NCBI GenBank assembly: GCA_028282585.1
Contig: JANQHR010000040.1
Span: forward strand, 32,299 to 96,298
Direction of reading: 5' to 3'
DNA: 64,000 bases
Source: Bacteroidales bacterium
GTDB lineage: Bacteria; Bacteroidota; Bacteroidia; Bacteroidales; UBA12077
How positions within the stretch are numbered: position 1 is the stretch's first letter; every line of letters begins with the position of its first letter. The position numbers and the translations under genes are program-made. Below are positions 51,058 through 62,100 of the stretch, in pieces. Below the pieces are notes generated by a model. The model was not told the origin of the DNA, did not search any database, and was given only the letters and a program-made list of their open reading frames with translations.

Positions 51058-52512
51058 ATGTCAAAAATTGATCTGTCCTTAAAAAATCTGGACGAATTAT
51101 TCCCCAGCAACTTTACCCAGGAACAAATTGCAAAAGCAAAAACGGTTTTTTTAAAGGAATTGGCTTTATTAAGTCATGAATTTTATGGTGGTAAAATGCA
51201 AACCTTACCAAAAGCTGGAATCTATGGTTTTAACTGGTTCAATGTTTATTATACACCAGGCGTATCTAAAATATCTACAACCATAAGAGATAATAATGAT
51301 ACTTCTTTCGATATTTCTAACCGTGGTAATATGGTTGCCGTTGTTTCTGACTCTACAAGGGTTTTAGGAGATGGAGATTGTACTCCTCCCGGAGGAATGG
51401 GCGTTATGGAGGGTAAGGCATATTTAATGAAGTATTTAGCGGGCGTAGATGCTGTTGCGTTGTGTGTAGACAGTTATAACGACAAAGGCGAACACGATCC
51501 TGATAAAATTATCGGCTTTGTTAAAATGGCACAACCAAGTTTTGGTGCAATAAATCTTGAAGATATTTCTCAACCCAATTGTTATAAAGTACTTGATACT
51601 TTAAGAGAAGAATGCGATATTCCTGTATGGCACGATGACGCTCAGGGAACTGGGTCGGTAACAGTTGCAGGGTTAATTAATGCTTTAAGGATTGTTGAAA
51701 AAGATTTAAAAGACGTTAAAATTGTACTTTATGGTGCAGGGGCATCAAACACTACTATTGCACGCCTTTGTCTACATGCCGGAGCAGACCCTGAAAAAAT
51801 GATTCTTTTTGATTCAAAAAGAGGATTACATACAGATAGAGATGATATAAAAGCTGATGAACGATTCTATAGAAAGTGGGAGCTTTGTGAACAAACTAAT
51901 CCTGATAAAATTGATGATGTTTTGGAAGCATGCAAAGATGCAGATGTTTTAATAGCTCTAAGTAAACCAGGACCAGATGTAGTTAAACCAGAATGGATTA
52001 AAAATATGGGTACAAAACCAATTGTATTTGTGTGTGCTAATCCAGTACCTGAAATTTATCCTTATGCAGCAAAAGAAGCTGGAGCTTATATAGTTGCTAC
52101 CGGCCGTGGTGATTTTCCTAATCAAGTTAATAATTCTTTAGGATTCCCTGGTATTCTTAAAGGAGCTTTGCTTGTTCGTGCTCGTAAAATTACTGATGAA
52201 ATGGCTGTAAGAGCTGCTTATTCAATGGCTGATTATGCAGAAAAGAATGGTATAAATCCTGATTATATTATTCCAAAAATGGACGAAACAGAAATGTTTG
52301 CTGTTGAAGCTGCTGATGTAGCAATGGAAGCAATTAAAAATGGAGTTGCTCGTGTAGAAATGACATGGCAAGAAGCTTACGACCGTACTTTGGCAGATAT
52401 CAAACAAACAAGATCTACCATTGATGCGATGATGGAAAAAGGATTTATTCCGAAACCAAATGTTGAATTGCTTGAGAAAGCGCTAAAAATTGCAGTTGAT
52501 GCAGTATCTTAA
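51058..52512 (+). CDS. Stand-alone NAD(P)-dependent malic enzyme
   Basis: YYTPGVS, VMEGKA, INLEDI, HDDAQGT, GAGAS, ANPVPEI and TGRGDFPNQVNNSLGFPG; no PTA domain. Confidence 0.92.
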   Translation: MSKIDLSLKNLDELFPSNFTQEQIAKAKTVFLKELALLSHEFYGGKMQTLPKAGIYGFNWFNVYYTPGVSKISTTIRDNNDTSFDISNRGNMVAVVSDSTRVLGDGDCTPPGGMGVMEGKAYLMKYLAGVDAVALCVDSYNDKGEHDPDKIIGFVKMAQPSFGAINLEDISQPNCYKVLDTLREECDIPVWHDDAQGTGSVTVAGLINALRIVEKDLKDVKIVLYGAGASNTTIARLCLHAGADPEKMILFDSKRGLHTDRDDIKADERFYRKWELCEQTNPDKIDDVLEACKDADVLIALSKPGPDVVKPEWIKNMGTKPIVFVCANPVPEIYPYAAKEAGAYIVATGRGDFPNQVNNSLGFPGILKGALLVRARKITDEMAVRAAYSMADYAEKNGINPDYIIPKMDETEMFAVEAADVAMEAIKNGVARVEMTWQEAYDRTLADIKQTRSTIDAMMEKGFIPKPNVELLEKALKIAVDAVS

Positions 52513-52531
52513 TAATACTTTTTAAAAATGT

Positions 52532-52566
52532 AAAAATAGAGTGATTTATAATCACTCTATTTTTTT
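52532..52566. terminator. Bidirectional intrinsic terminator
   Basis: AAAAATAGAGTGATT-TAT-AATCACTCTATTTTT between convergent genes. Confidence 0.8.
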
Positions 52567-55364
52567 ACCAGGAACTTATAAGAATAACTTTCTTGCAAAG
52601 AAGATATTTGAATAAAATAAATTCCATCCGCAAAATCCTTTAATTCAATATTTTTTGTCTTTTCTTCAGAATTCAATTTTCCTGTTTGTCTTAATTTTCC
52701 TGTAATATCATAAATCCTGTAATTAAATATTTCCGATTCAAAAGTCTCAATTTCTATTGTAAAAAACCCGTTATTAGGATTTGGATAGATTTTAAATCGT
52801 TCATTCGAATCTTCTTCAGGACTCTCTGGTATATTTGTCACAATTAATTTCTTTTCTTCAGATACGGAAACGCAATTGAAAACATTTGTAACTTCAACAT
52901 AATAATCTCCGTCCTCAGTAATAATATATTTTTTGTCTGTAGCATCTTCTATAGGCTGTCCATTGAAATACCACTGATTTCCTATATCAGAGCTCGATGT
53001 TAATGTATCGCCACTATTCACAAAACTGGGCATTGAAGGAGATTCATAAACTACTGCTATATCATATACTTGCTTTATATAAGTACTGTTAACCGTTAAT
53101 CTTACAGGCACTAAGCCAGAATTATTATATTTTACCCAATGAGGTCCCTTCCCAACTGCTTTTTGCGGATTTGCACTATCTCCAAACTCCCATAAAAAAC
53201 TATACGTATTATCTAATGTAGTTGAAAATTGTAAACTGTCGACACTACATATGGTATCCTTGTCAACAAAAATAGTAGGTTCCACGAATGTTGCATCTTC
53301 AACAATAGATACACTATCAATACAAATTCCATATCCCTTCGATCCGACCCCCTCAAATGCGATTTTATATTTATCGCTTAATTCAGGAAGAGGAATTTCC
53401 TTTTTTTCCCAAGTTTCAATATTTGTATTATAAATTCTAATTGTTTTCCATTCAACTGTATCAACATCTTTATACAATACTCTCAATTCGTGAACCTCTT
53501 CATTAGCTTCCTGCATATGCATATAAAAGGTCAGTTTTAAGTTAGTGTATGAAGAAAAATCAAAATTCGGTAAAACTAATTTCGAAGTTTCATTATTTTC
53601 GTCAAAAAAATAAGCATTATAACTACCTTCAAATGCTGTATCTAAAATGCCCGCAAATCCACCTGCTTTATATACCCAACCAATGGTGTCATTAGATCTT
53701 TCTTCATACCAATCCATTGGGATTAATTCATTTACAAATGTTTCAGAAAATGGTAAAGTTAATGTGTCTGTAATATGAACATACACCGTATTTGAAGGGT
53801 TGGACTCCATTACTTCAGGGGAACTATATTTTGCTGTAACGAAATAATTATGTAATATATTTCCCTCGCCTAAAGTATCGTTATAATTAGAATCACCTAT
53901 AGAATCCAACTTTAAAGAATTTCTATAAACGTAATAGAACTCAATACTTGAAGTGTCTTCAACATGATTCCATTTTAAGTTTACAATAGTATCCCGGACA
54001 GATGCACTAAGATTGCTTGGTATCGTATCATAAGGTAAGTATCCGTTTAACAAAACGACTCCATAATCTAAAGGATCTAACCAAGGTTTCAGTTGATAAA
54101 CAGAATCTTCAAAATCTTGCCAGGAACGATGAAATTGTTGATAGTAATCATTAAAATTAAAACTACAATCAGCATCTCCGCCTGTTAAATCTCCAATAAT
54201 TCTTCCATTTTGATCAAATAATGGTGAACCTGAAGAACCACCTTCTGTTGTACCTTCATCCCATTCATCTATGTACCAATGTTTATTAACATCGTAACCT
54301 TCTCCGAAATCACTGGTTGTAGCTCCATCAAAAGATTTCGTAATTTTCTTAATATCTCCACGCGGATGGTGAATTGAAGTAACACTGGTTGGGTCACTTA
54401 TATCTCTATTCCATCCTGCATAATAAGGTTTATAAGCCGGAGGAGGTTTAATACTCAATTCCAATAAGCTAAAATCGATGGTCCTTTCCGGAGGAGTAGC
54501 TATAATGGTTGATCCTGAGATAGTCATGTCTTGATTTCCATCCTCACTTGTACAACCCGGACTTTCGTAATTGAAGTAAAAAATTGCGTTTGTAGCTTCA
54601 GAAGCATTATTAATACAATGATTTGCAGTTAATAAATAAGGATATCCATCTTCTTTTGTATTATTTATTAACGCTCCGGAACAAAGCCATCCGTTATAAG
54701 TAATTTTACATACTGAGTGCTTTAACAGTTGCCAAAGTTCATCATTGTCACAATTAATATTTATATTACAGTCTCCAGATTGACCAAACCCTTTTTCACT
54801 TTTTGATAAATAATTAAAAACATTCTTATAATCATGCGCTATTGAAGAAATATGTAATTCCCCTTTAAAATCCACACAAAGTGATTCGTGATATTCCAAA
54901 ACAATCTCATCACCTTTTACCGGTGCTACAGGTAAAACATAGTTTATTTTATTATTTTTATATGTAAAAGCACCCCTTACATGGTCTTTATCCGCATTAT
55001 AAATAAATAATTTAGATCCTACGGGCAATCGATATCGATCAAAAACTAAACTTAATGAATATGCTCCCGGTGACTTTATTTTCAAATACCAAATCCGCTT
55101 GTTTTTTAAGTTTACCCAAATTCCATGTGTCTCAGGGCTAAAATCCACCTCTAATACTTCTGCAAATCTTAAAGTTTTTAATCTTGATTCGATTCGTCTG
55201 TCTTCCCTATTTAGTTTTCTAATTTTAACATCAGGTAAAATCTCAACGGGAATATCTTGTGTTAACTCGAAATCAAAAGCCGGTTTTCCTTTGTAATTTA
55301 TCTGTCCCCCGCTATAAAAGGGGTATAATACCAACAGTAAGATTATTAAAGAAAAATATCTCAT
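52557..55364 (-). CDS. T9SS-secreted S1 serine protease (lysyl endopeptidase-like) with FN3/MAM/PKD-like domains
   Basis: Catalytic triad segments TANHC, DFSL and GSSGSP, plus HHPRGDIK; CTD IYPNP...DGIYFI...KFLVKK. Confidence 0.88.
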   Translation of the reverse strand: MRYFSLIILLLVLYPFYSGGQINYKGKPAFDFELTQDIPVEILPDVKIRKLNREDRRIESRLKTLRFAEVLEVDFSPETHGIWVNLKNKRIWYLKIKSPGAYSLSLVFDRYRLPVGSKLFIYNADKDHVRGAFTYKNNKINYVLPVAPVKGDEIVLEYHESLCVDFKGELHISSIAHDYKNVFNYLSKSEKGFGQSGDCNININCDNDELWQLLKHSVCKITYNGWLCSGALINNTKEDGYPYLLTANHCINNASEATNAIFYFNYESPGCTSEDGNQDMTISGSTIIATPPERTIDFSLLELSIKPPPAYKPYYAGWNRDISDPTSVTSIHHPRGDIKKITKSFDGATTSDFGEGYDVNKHWYIDEWDEGTTEGGSSGSPLFDQNGRIIGDLTGGDADCSFNFNDYYQQFHRSWQDFEDSVYQLKPWLDPLDYGVVLLNGYLPYDTIPSNLSASVRDTIVNLKWNHVEDTSSIEFYYVYRNSLKLDSIGDSNYNDTLGEGNILHNYFVTAKYSSPEVMESNPSNTVYVHITDTLTLPFSETFVNELIPMDWYEERSNDTIGWVYKAGGFAGILDTAFEGSYNAYFFDENNETSKLVLPNFDFSSYTNLKLTFYMHMQEANEEVHELRVLYKDVDTVEWKTIRIYNTNIETWEKKEIPLPELSDKYKIAFEGVGSKGYGICIDSVSIVEDATFVEPTIFVDKDTICSVDSLQFSTTLDNTYSFLWEFGDSANPQKAVGKGPHWVKYNNSGLVPVRLTVNSTYIKQVYDIAVVYESPSMPSFVNSGDTLTSSSDIGNQWYFNGQPIEDATDKKYIITEDGDYYVEVTNVFNCVSVSEEKKLIVTNIPESPEEDSNERFKIYPNPNNGFFTIEIETFESEIFNYRIYDITGKLRQTGKLNSEEKTKNIELKDFADGIYFIQISSLQESYSYKFLVKK

Positions 55365-55531
55365 ATTGTCCCAAGCATTTAATTCAAAAATACCAAATTA
55401 ATTTTAATTCTTCACTAACTTGAATTTCATTTCGTTCTTAATTATTTATTGATTTTTGATACAAATATTTTTTTCAAATTTTTGGATAGCTTATTTTTGT
55501 TTATTTTTAGTAATTATTTAGATTACTCATC

Positions 55532-56113
55532 ATGTTCGAATACATTAAAGGAGAAATAAAAGAAATTTCGCCAGCACATATTATTATTGAAAATAACCAA
55601 ATCGGTTATTTCGTTAATATTTCCGTTAATACCTTTTCTCAATTATCAGGCCAAGATAATGCAGTGATATATATTTATGAAGTTATACGTGAAGATACAC
55701 ATCAACTATATGGCTTTTTTGAAAAAAAGGAACGTGAAATATTTTTACATTTAATTTCTGTTTCTGGAGTCGGTGCAAATACTGCAAGAGTAATGCTTTC
55801 TTCATTGACACCGGCTGAAATTCAAAACGCGATCTCAACTGGCACTGTAAATGTTTTAAAAAGCATTAAGGGTATTGGAGCAAAAACAGCGGAAAGAATA
55901 ATAGTAGATTTAAAAGATAAAGTAGGAAAAATTTTAGATGGAGAACAAATAATTGCTCCTGTAAACAATACAATTAAAGACGAAGCGTTATCAGCTTTAG
56001 TAATGTTAGGATTCCCTAAAACAAAAGTCGACAAAATTATTAACGAAATTCTTAAACAGAATGCGATGCGGTCTGTAGAAGAGCTTATTAAGGAAGCCCT
56101 TAAGAGAATTTAA
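55532..56113 (+). CDS. ruvA: Holliday junction DNA-binding protein RuvA
   Basis: REDTHQLYGF, VSGVGANTA, KGIGAKTAERIIVDLKDK and ALVMLGF. Confidence 0.97.
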   Translation: MFEYIKGEIKEISPAHIIIENNQIGYFVNISVNTFSQLSGQDNAVIYIYEVIREDTHQLYGFFEKKEREIFLHLISVSGVGANTARVMLSSLTPAEIQNAISTGTVNVLKSIKGIGAKTAERIIVDLKDKVGKILDGEQIIAPVNNTIKDEALSALVMLGFPKTKVDKIINEILKQNAMRSVEELIKEALKRI

Positions 56114-56130
56114 CAGGTATTTTTTATCAG

Positions 56131-59100
56131 TTGAGAAAAATATTTATATACAAAGTTTTATTCTTTCTTTTAAGTTTAGTTTGTGTAAATAACGTACAAG
56201 CTAAATTTTTATTTTCACAACAAGTCAATAATCAACAAGAAGATACGCTGAAATTTGAATTTCAAGATCAAGGAAAATACGAATATGATAAGCCAGATGT
56301 ATCCCCATTATACCTTGAAAATCCAGCTAATATAAAAGATACGGTAGAATACGACCCTGCAACAAACGAGTATATAATTTCTAAAAAACTTGGAAATTTT
56401 GATTATCGAGCCAGTAAACGAATGACTCTTGAAGAGTATCAAGATTATCAGTTCGAGCAAGCTATAAGAAATTATTGGCGAAATAGAGCCCGTGGTCAAA
56501 GCATGGATGCGCAAACAGGCCTATTTCCTAACCTACGGCTTGGTGGCGAAGCATTTGATAAAATATTTGGAGATAATGCTATCAATATTGTTCCAATGGG
56601 ATCTGCTGAGCTAATTTTTAAAATAAATGTAAACAACAACGAAAATCCAACTATATCAGAAAATTTAAGAAAAACCACCACTTTCGATTTTGAAGAAAAA
56701 ATCATGATGAATGTAACTGGTAATATTGGTGACAAAATAAAACTTGGTGTAAATTATAATACGGAAGCTACATTCGATTTTGAAAATCAAACCAAATTAG
56801 AATATGTTGGTAAAGAGGATGAAATCATAAAAAGAATTGAAGCTGGTAATGTAACATTACCACTACCTGGTAGTTTAATTACTGGTAGTCAAAGCCTGTT
56901 TGGTATTAAAACTGAATTACAGTTCGGAAAACTAACTATGACAAGTGTTTTCTCTCAACAAAAGGGTGAAACCAAAGTAATTGAAGTAAGAGGTGGAGCA
57001 CAAACACAGCAGTTTGAGATACATGGAGATGAATATGATGCGAACAGACACTTTTTCTTATCACAGTACTTTAGGGACAATTATGAAGAATCACTTGCAG
57101 AATTACCGGTAATTAAATCATCTGTTACTATAACCAAAGTTGAGGTATGGGTAACAAATTCGGTTAATAATAACGAAGAATACAGAAATGTTCTTGCTTT
57201 ATTAGACCTTGGAGAAAGCGGGAACAATGTTTTTGCCTCAGAATCAGTAATTCCATTTACCACCGGTGGTCAATATCCAAATAACTCTACAAATGCTTTG
57301 TTCAACCAAATTTACAGCATAAATCCGGATAAAGTTTTTGATGAGATTAGCGATGATCTGGAATTGCAATGGGGTTCATTTAATTTTAAGCTAGGTCAAG
57401 ATTATGAATTAATTGGTAGCGCACGAAAATTAAAATCAAATGAATACGACTTAAACGAACGATTAGGTTACATTTCACTTAATATCTCTTTAAAACCTGA
57501 TGAGATTTTAGCAGTTGCTTATGAAATTGATGTTGCAGGAACAAGGTATCAGGTAGGTGAATTCTCAACAGATGGTACGGGTACATCCAGTGATCAGGAT
57601 AAAAGCCCATATATTATTGCTAAATTACTAAAAGGGACAAATTTATCTCCCAGCGTTCCAACTTGGGACCTAATGATGAAAAACATTTACTCAATTGGAG
57701 CTTACCAAGTAAATAGGGAAGATTTTATACTAAATGTGCTTTACCAAGATGATAAAACCGGAAATGCCCTGACTTACATTCCCGAAGGTAATATCAACAA
57801 AACACATTTAATAAGTGTTCTAAATTTAGACAATTTAAACACGCAGCTTGATGCTCAACCCGATGGTCGTTTTGATTTTATTGATGGCGTAACAATTAAT
57901 GCATCTAATGGACGAGTTATTTTTCCGGTATTAGAACCATTTGGAAGTTATCTAAAAAATCAGTTTACAGATACTACAATTGCAGAAAATTATATATTTC
58001 AAGAGCTTTATGACACTACGTTAACATTTGCCCGTTTATTAGCCGAGAAAAATAAATTCAAGTTAAAAGGTCAGTACAAATCGGCATCGAGTTCTGAAAT
58101 AATGCTTAATGCTATAAATATTCCTCAAGGCTCGGTAAAAGTAATAGCCGGAGGATCGGTACTTACAGAAAACATTGATTATACGGTAGATTATAATCTT
58201 GGGAGAGTTAGAATTCTTAATGAAGGTTTGTTAGAATCAGGTACACCACTGCAAATATCTCTTGAAAGTCAAGCATTATATAGCATTCAGACCAAAACAT
58301 TATTAGGTACACACTTAAATTATCAGTTCTCGGATAATTTTAATATTGGTGCCACAGTAATGAACCTAACAGAAAGACCGTTAACACAAAAGGTAGCGAT
58401 TGGTGAAGAACCTATCTCAAATACCATATGGGGCCTAAATACTTCCTATAGAACAGAATCTCAGCTTGTAACCTCTATGGTTGATAGATTGCCTTTTATA
58501 GAGACCAAAGAAAAATCGACCGTTTTAGTAGATGCAGAATTTGCTCATTTAATTCCCGGACACTCTAAAGCTATTGGAGAAGAAGGTAATGCTTATATTG
58601 ATGATTTTGAAGGAAGCGAAACTTCCATGGATATGAAAAGCTATAATGCTTGGGTAATGGCCAGTACGCCACAAAGTCAAGAAGATTTATTTCCGGAAAC
58701 AACTCCAGGTATTGAAAATAAGTTGGTACAAGGATTTAACAGAGCAAGAATCGCTTGGTATAAAATTGATCCTTTATTTTTAAGAAATACAAGTAATACT
58801 CCTGATCACCTTACTAGTGAAGATCAATCAAATCACTTTGTTCGTGAGATTTATGAAAGAGAGATATTCCCGAATAAACAGTCTGAAACATCGGTTCCTA
58901 CTGCCTTACAAGTACTAAACGTTGCATACTATCCAGATGAAAGAGGTCCGTATAATTATGTAACCGATGATACCTTAAGTATTTATGGATTAGATGCGAA
59001 TGGAACATTAAAAAATCCTGAAACTCGATGGGGAGGTATAATGCGCGAGGTTCCAACTACTGATTTCGAAGCTGCAAATGTAGAATATATTGAGTTCTGG

Positions 59101-62100
59101 TTAATGGATCCATTTGTTTATGATTCGACTGGAAATATAAGTGGAGACCTATACTTCAATCTGGGTAGTATATCTGAAGATATTTTACAAGACTCAAGAA
59201 AGGCATTTGAAGATGGATTGCCAAGTACTGAAGTTATTGAAAAAGTTGACACTACAGATTGGGGAAGAGTACCAAGCAATGATTTCTCGGTTAATACGAA
59301 TCCAAATGAGAATCAAGATGTAGGTTTAGATGGATTAAATGATATAGATGAAGAATCCTTTTTTAGCTCTTATTTAACTAAAGTGGAAGAATTAGTTAGT
59401 CCAGAAATATTTGATGAATTTATATCGGATCCATCAAACGACAACTATAGATATTATCGAGATGGAGAATATACAAACATTGAAGCCAGCATCTTGGACA
59501 GATACAAAAGATTCAATGATTTACAAGGAAACTCAACTGGCGATGCCGGTAGTTTATATTCAAAATCTCCAGATTCTGAGGATATTAATGGTGATAAAAC
59601 TTTAGATCGTACTGAAAGCTATTTCCAATATAAAGTAGAACTTGATCCAGAAAAGATGAATGTTGGTGAAAACTTTATTGTTGATAAAGTATTAGGCCAT
59701 GATGTTGACCTTGCAAATGGAGAACAAAATGTGAGAATAGCCTGGTATCAGTTTAGAATTCCCATTCGTCAACCAGAAAGAATAATTGGATCCATACAAG
59801 ATTTTTCTTCCATTCGTTTTATGAGAATGTTTTTAAAGGAGTTTGAAGATACTGTAATATTAAGATTTGCTAAGTTAGAGTTAGTTCGCAGCGATTGGAG
59901 GAAATACGATCTTTCATTAATGGAAGGGCACGAAGGACTTTCATCTCCTGAAACAACTAATGGAACTTTTGAAATCGCATCAGTAAATATTGAGGAAAAC
60001 GATAACTATGTTTTACCACCAGGAGTCGACAGAGTCATTGATCCAACCAATCCACAACTTCGACAGTTAAATGAACAGTCGATGGTATTAAAGGTAAATA
60101 ATTTGGATGATGGAGATGCCCGCGCAGCATATAAAACGCTAAACTTAGATATACGTCAATATGAAAAGTTAAAGATGTTTGTTCATGCTGAGCAGCTGGA
60201 AAGTAATATTTTAAGAGATGATGATTTACGAGTATTTATTAGATTGGGAACAGATAATAATAGTAACTATTATGAATATGAAATTCCTGTAGAAGTTACG
60301 CCTGAAGGAAATTATGACGATGGTGATCGTGAAATAGTATGGCCAGAAGAAAATAATATCGAAATAAATTTAGACGATTTAGTTGATGTAAAAAGAGCCA
60401 GAAACGAAGAGCTTCGACAAGCAAATACAGTGTTTACATACAACTCTATTTATTCTGTTTATCGAGAAGATAATCACAGGATTTCTGTCCGAGGAAATCC
60501 TAACTTAAGTAACGTAGTTACAATTATGATCGGTGTTCGAAACCCAAGTAGGCAAAACAATACTACTTCAGGAGACGATGGTATGCCAAAGTCAGGGGAA
60601 ATTTGGGTAAACGAACTTAGATTGACTGATTTTAGACAGGATGGTGGTTGGGCAGCTCGCGGTAGACTTTCTACTCAATTAGCTGATTTAGGATCTGTTA
60701 ATTTTGCTGGTAGCATTAGCACTCCCGGCTTTGGCAGTATAGATCAGAGTGTAAGTGAACGAAATAAAGAAGAAACTATCCAGTACGATGTTTCAACTAA
60801 CCTGGACCTTGGAAAGTTTTTCCCGGAAAAAGCTAAAGTAAGTATTCCCGTTTATGCTGGTTATTCCGAAACATTTATTAACCCCGAATATAATCCATTA
60901 GACCCGGATGTACGATTAGAAGATGCTTTAAAAGATGCTGATTCAAAAGCGGAAAGAGATTCAATAAAAAATGTAGCTCAGGATTATACAAGAAGAAAAA
61001 GTATAAACTTTACAAATGTTAAAATAAATAAGCAAAGTCAAAAGCCTAGATTTTATGATGTTTCAAATTTCTCAGTAAGTTATTCTTTTAACGAAACCTA
61101 TTCAAGAGACATTAACACAGAATATGATATACTTAAAAACTACCGTGGTGCATTTAATTATATCTATAATACGCGACCAAAAAATGTTGCACCTTTTCGA
61201 AAATCAAGAGGATTATTAAGTAAAAAAGCGTTTGCAATTATAAAAGATTTTAACTTTTATTATGCCCCGACCAGTATATCATTTAGAACAGATGTTGATA
61301 GAAGATATCAGGCAAATAAAACCAGAAATATTTATGATCCTAATACAGTATTTGAACCGACCTTTGTAAAAGAATTCAATTGGAATAGATACTATGATGT
61401 AAAATGGGATTTGTCAAGATCGTTAAAAATTGATTTCTCTGCTACTAACATTGCTAAAATAGACGAACCTTATGGTGAGGTTAACAGGCATGGAGTAGAT
61501 TCCGTTTATGATGCCTGGAAAAGAGAAGTTTGGAATAATATATTAGAAGGTGGTCGAAATACCCAGTATAACCATAACATTAATGTTACATATCGTGTTC
61601 CAATAAACAAATTACCTTTATTGGATTGGACAAACTTAACCGCCCGTTACAATGCTACTTATAACTGGGAAGCCGGACCAAGAAATGCTGATGGAGAATC
61701 TATTCTTGGGAATACATTGCGTAACTCAAACACTATCCAGTTTAATGCGCAAGCCAACATGGTAAATCTTTACAATAAAGTTGGTTTCCTTAAAACCATT
61801 AACCAAAAATACAGTAGAGGAAGATCAAATAAGAAAGTAGAGTACGAAGATGTAAGTTATCAGCAACAAGACATTTGGTTTAGAGAAGGCCGCTTTCGTT
61901 CCATCTACCACGATTTAAACACAGAAGATATTACTCGCGTTAGCGTGACAGATGCCAGCGGTGCTGAAGTTCGCGGTGAATGGGAAGTATCAACTAAGCG
62001 AAAAATCAGATTTAAAACCGAAAAAGATATTGACGGAGCTCAAATTTTGGTAGAAGGACGAATTGAAAAGAAAGAAAACCCTCTGATATTTGTTGCAGAA

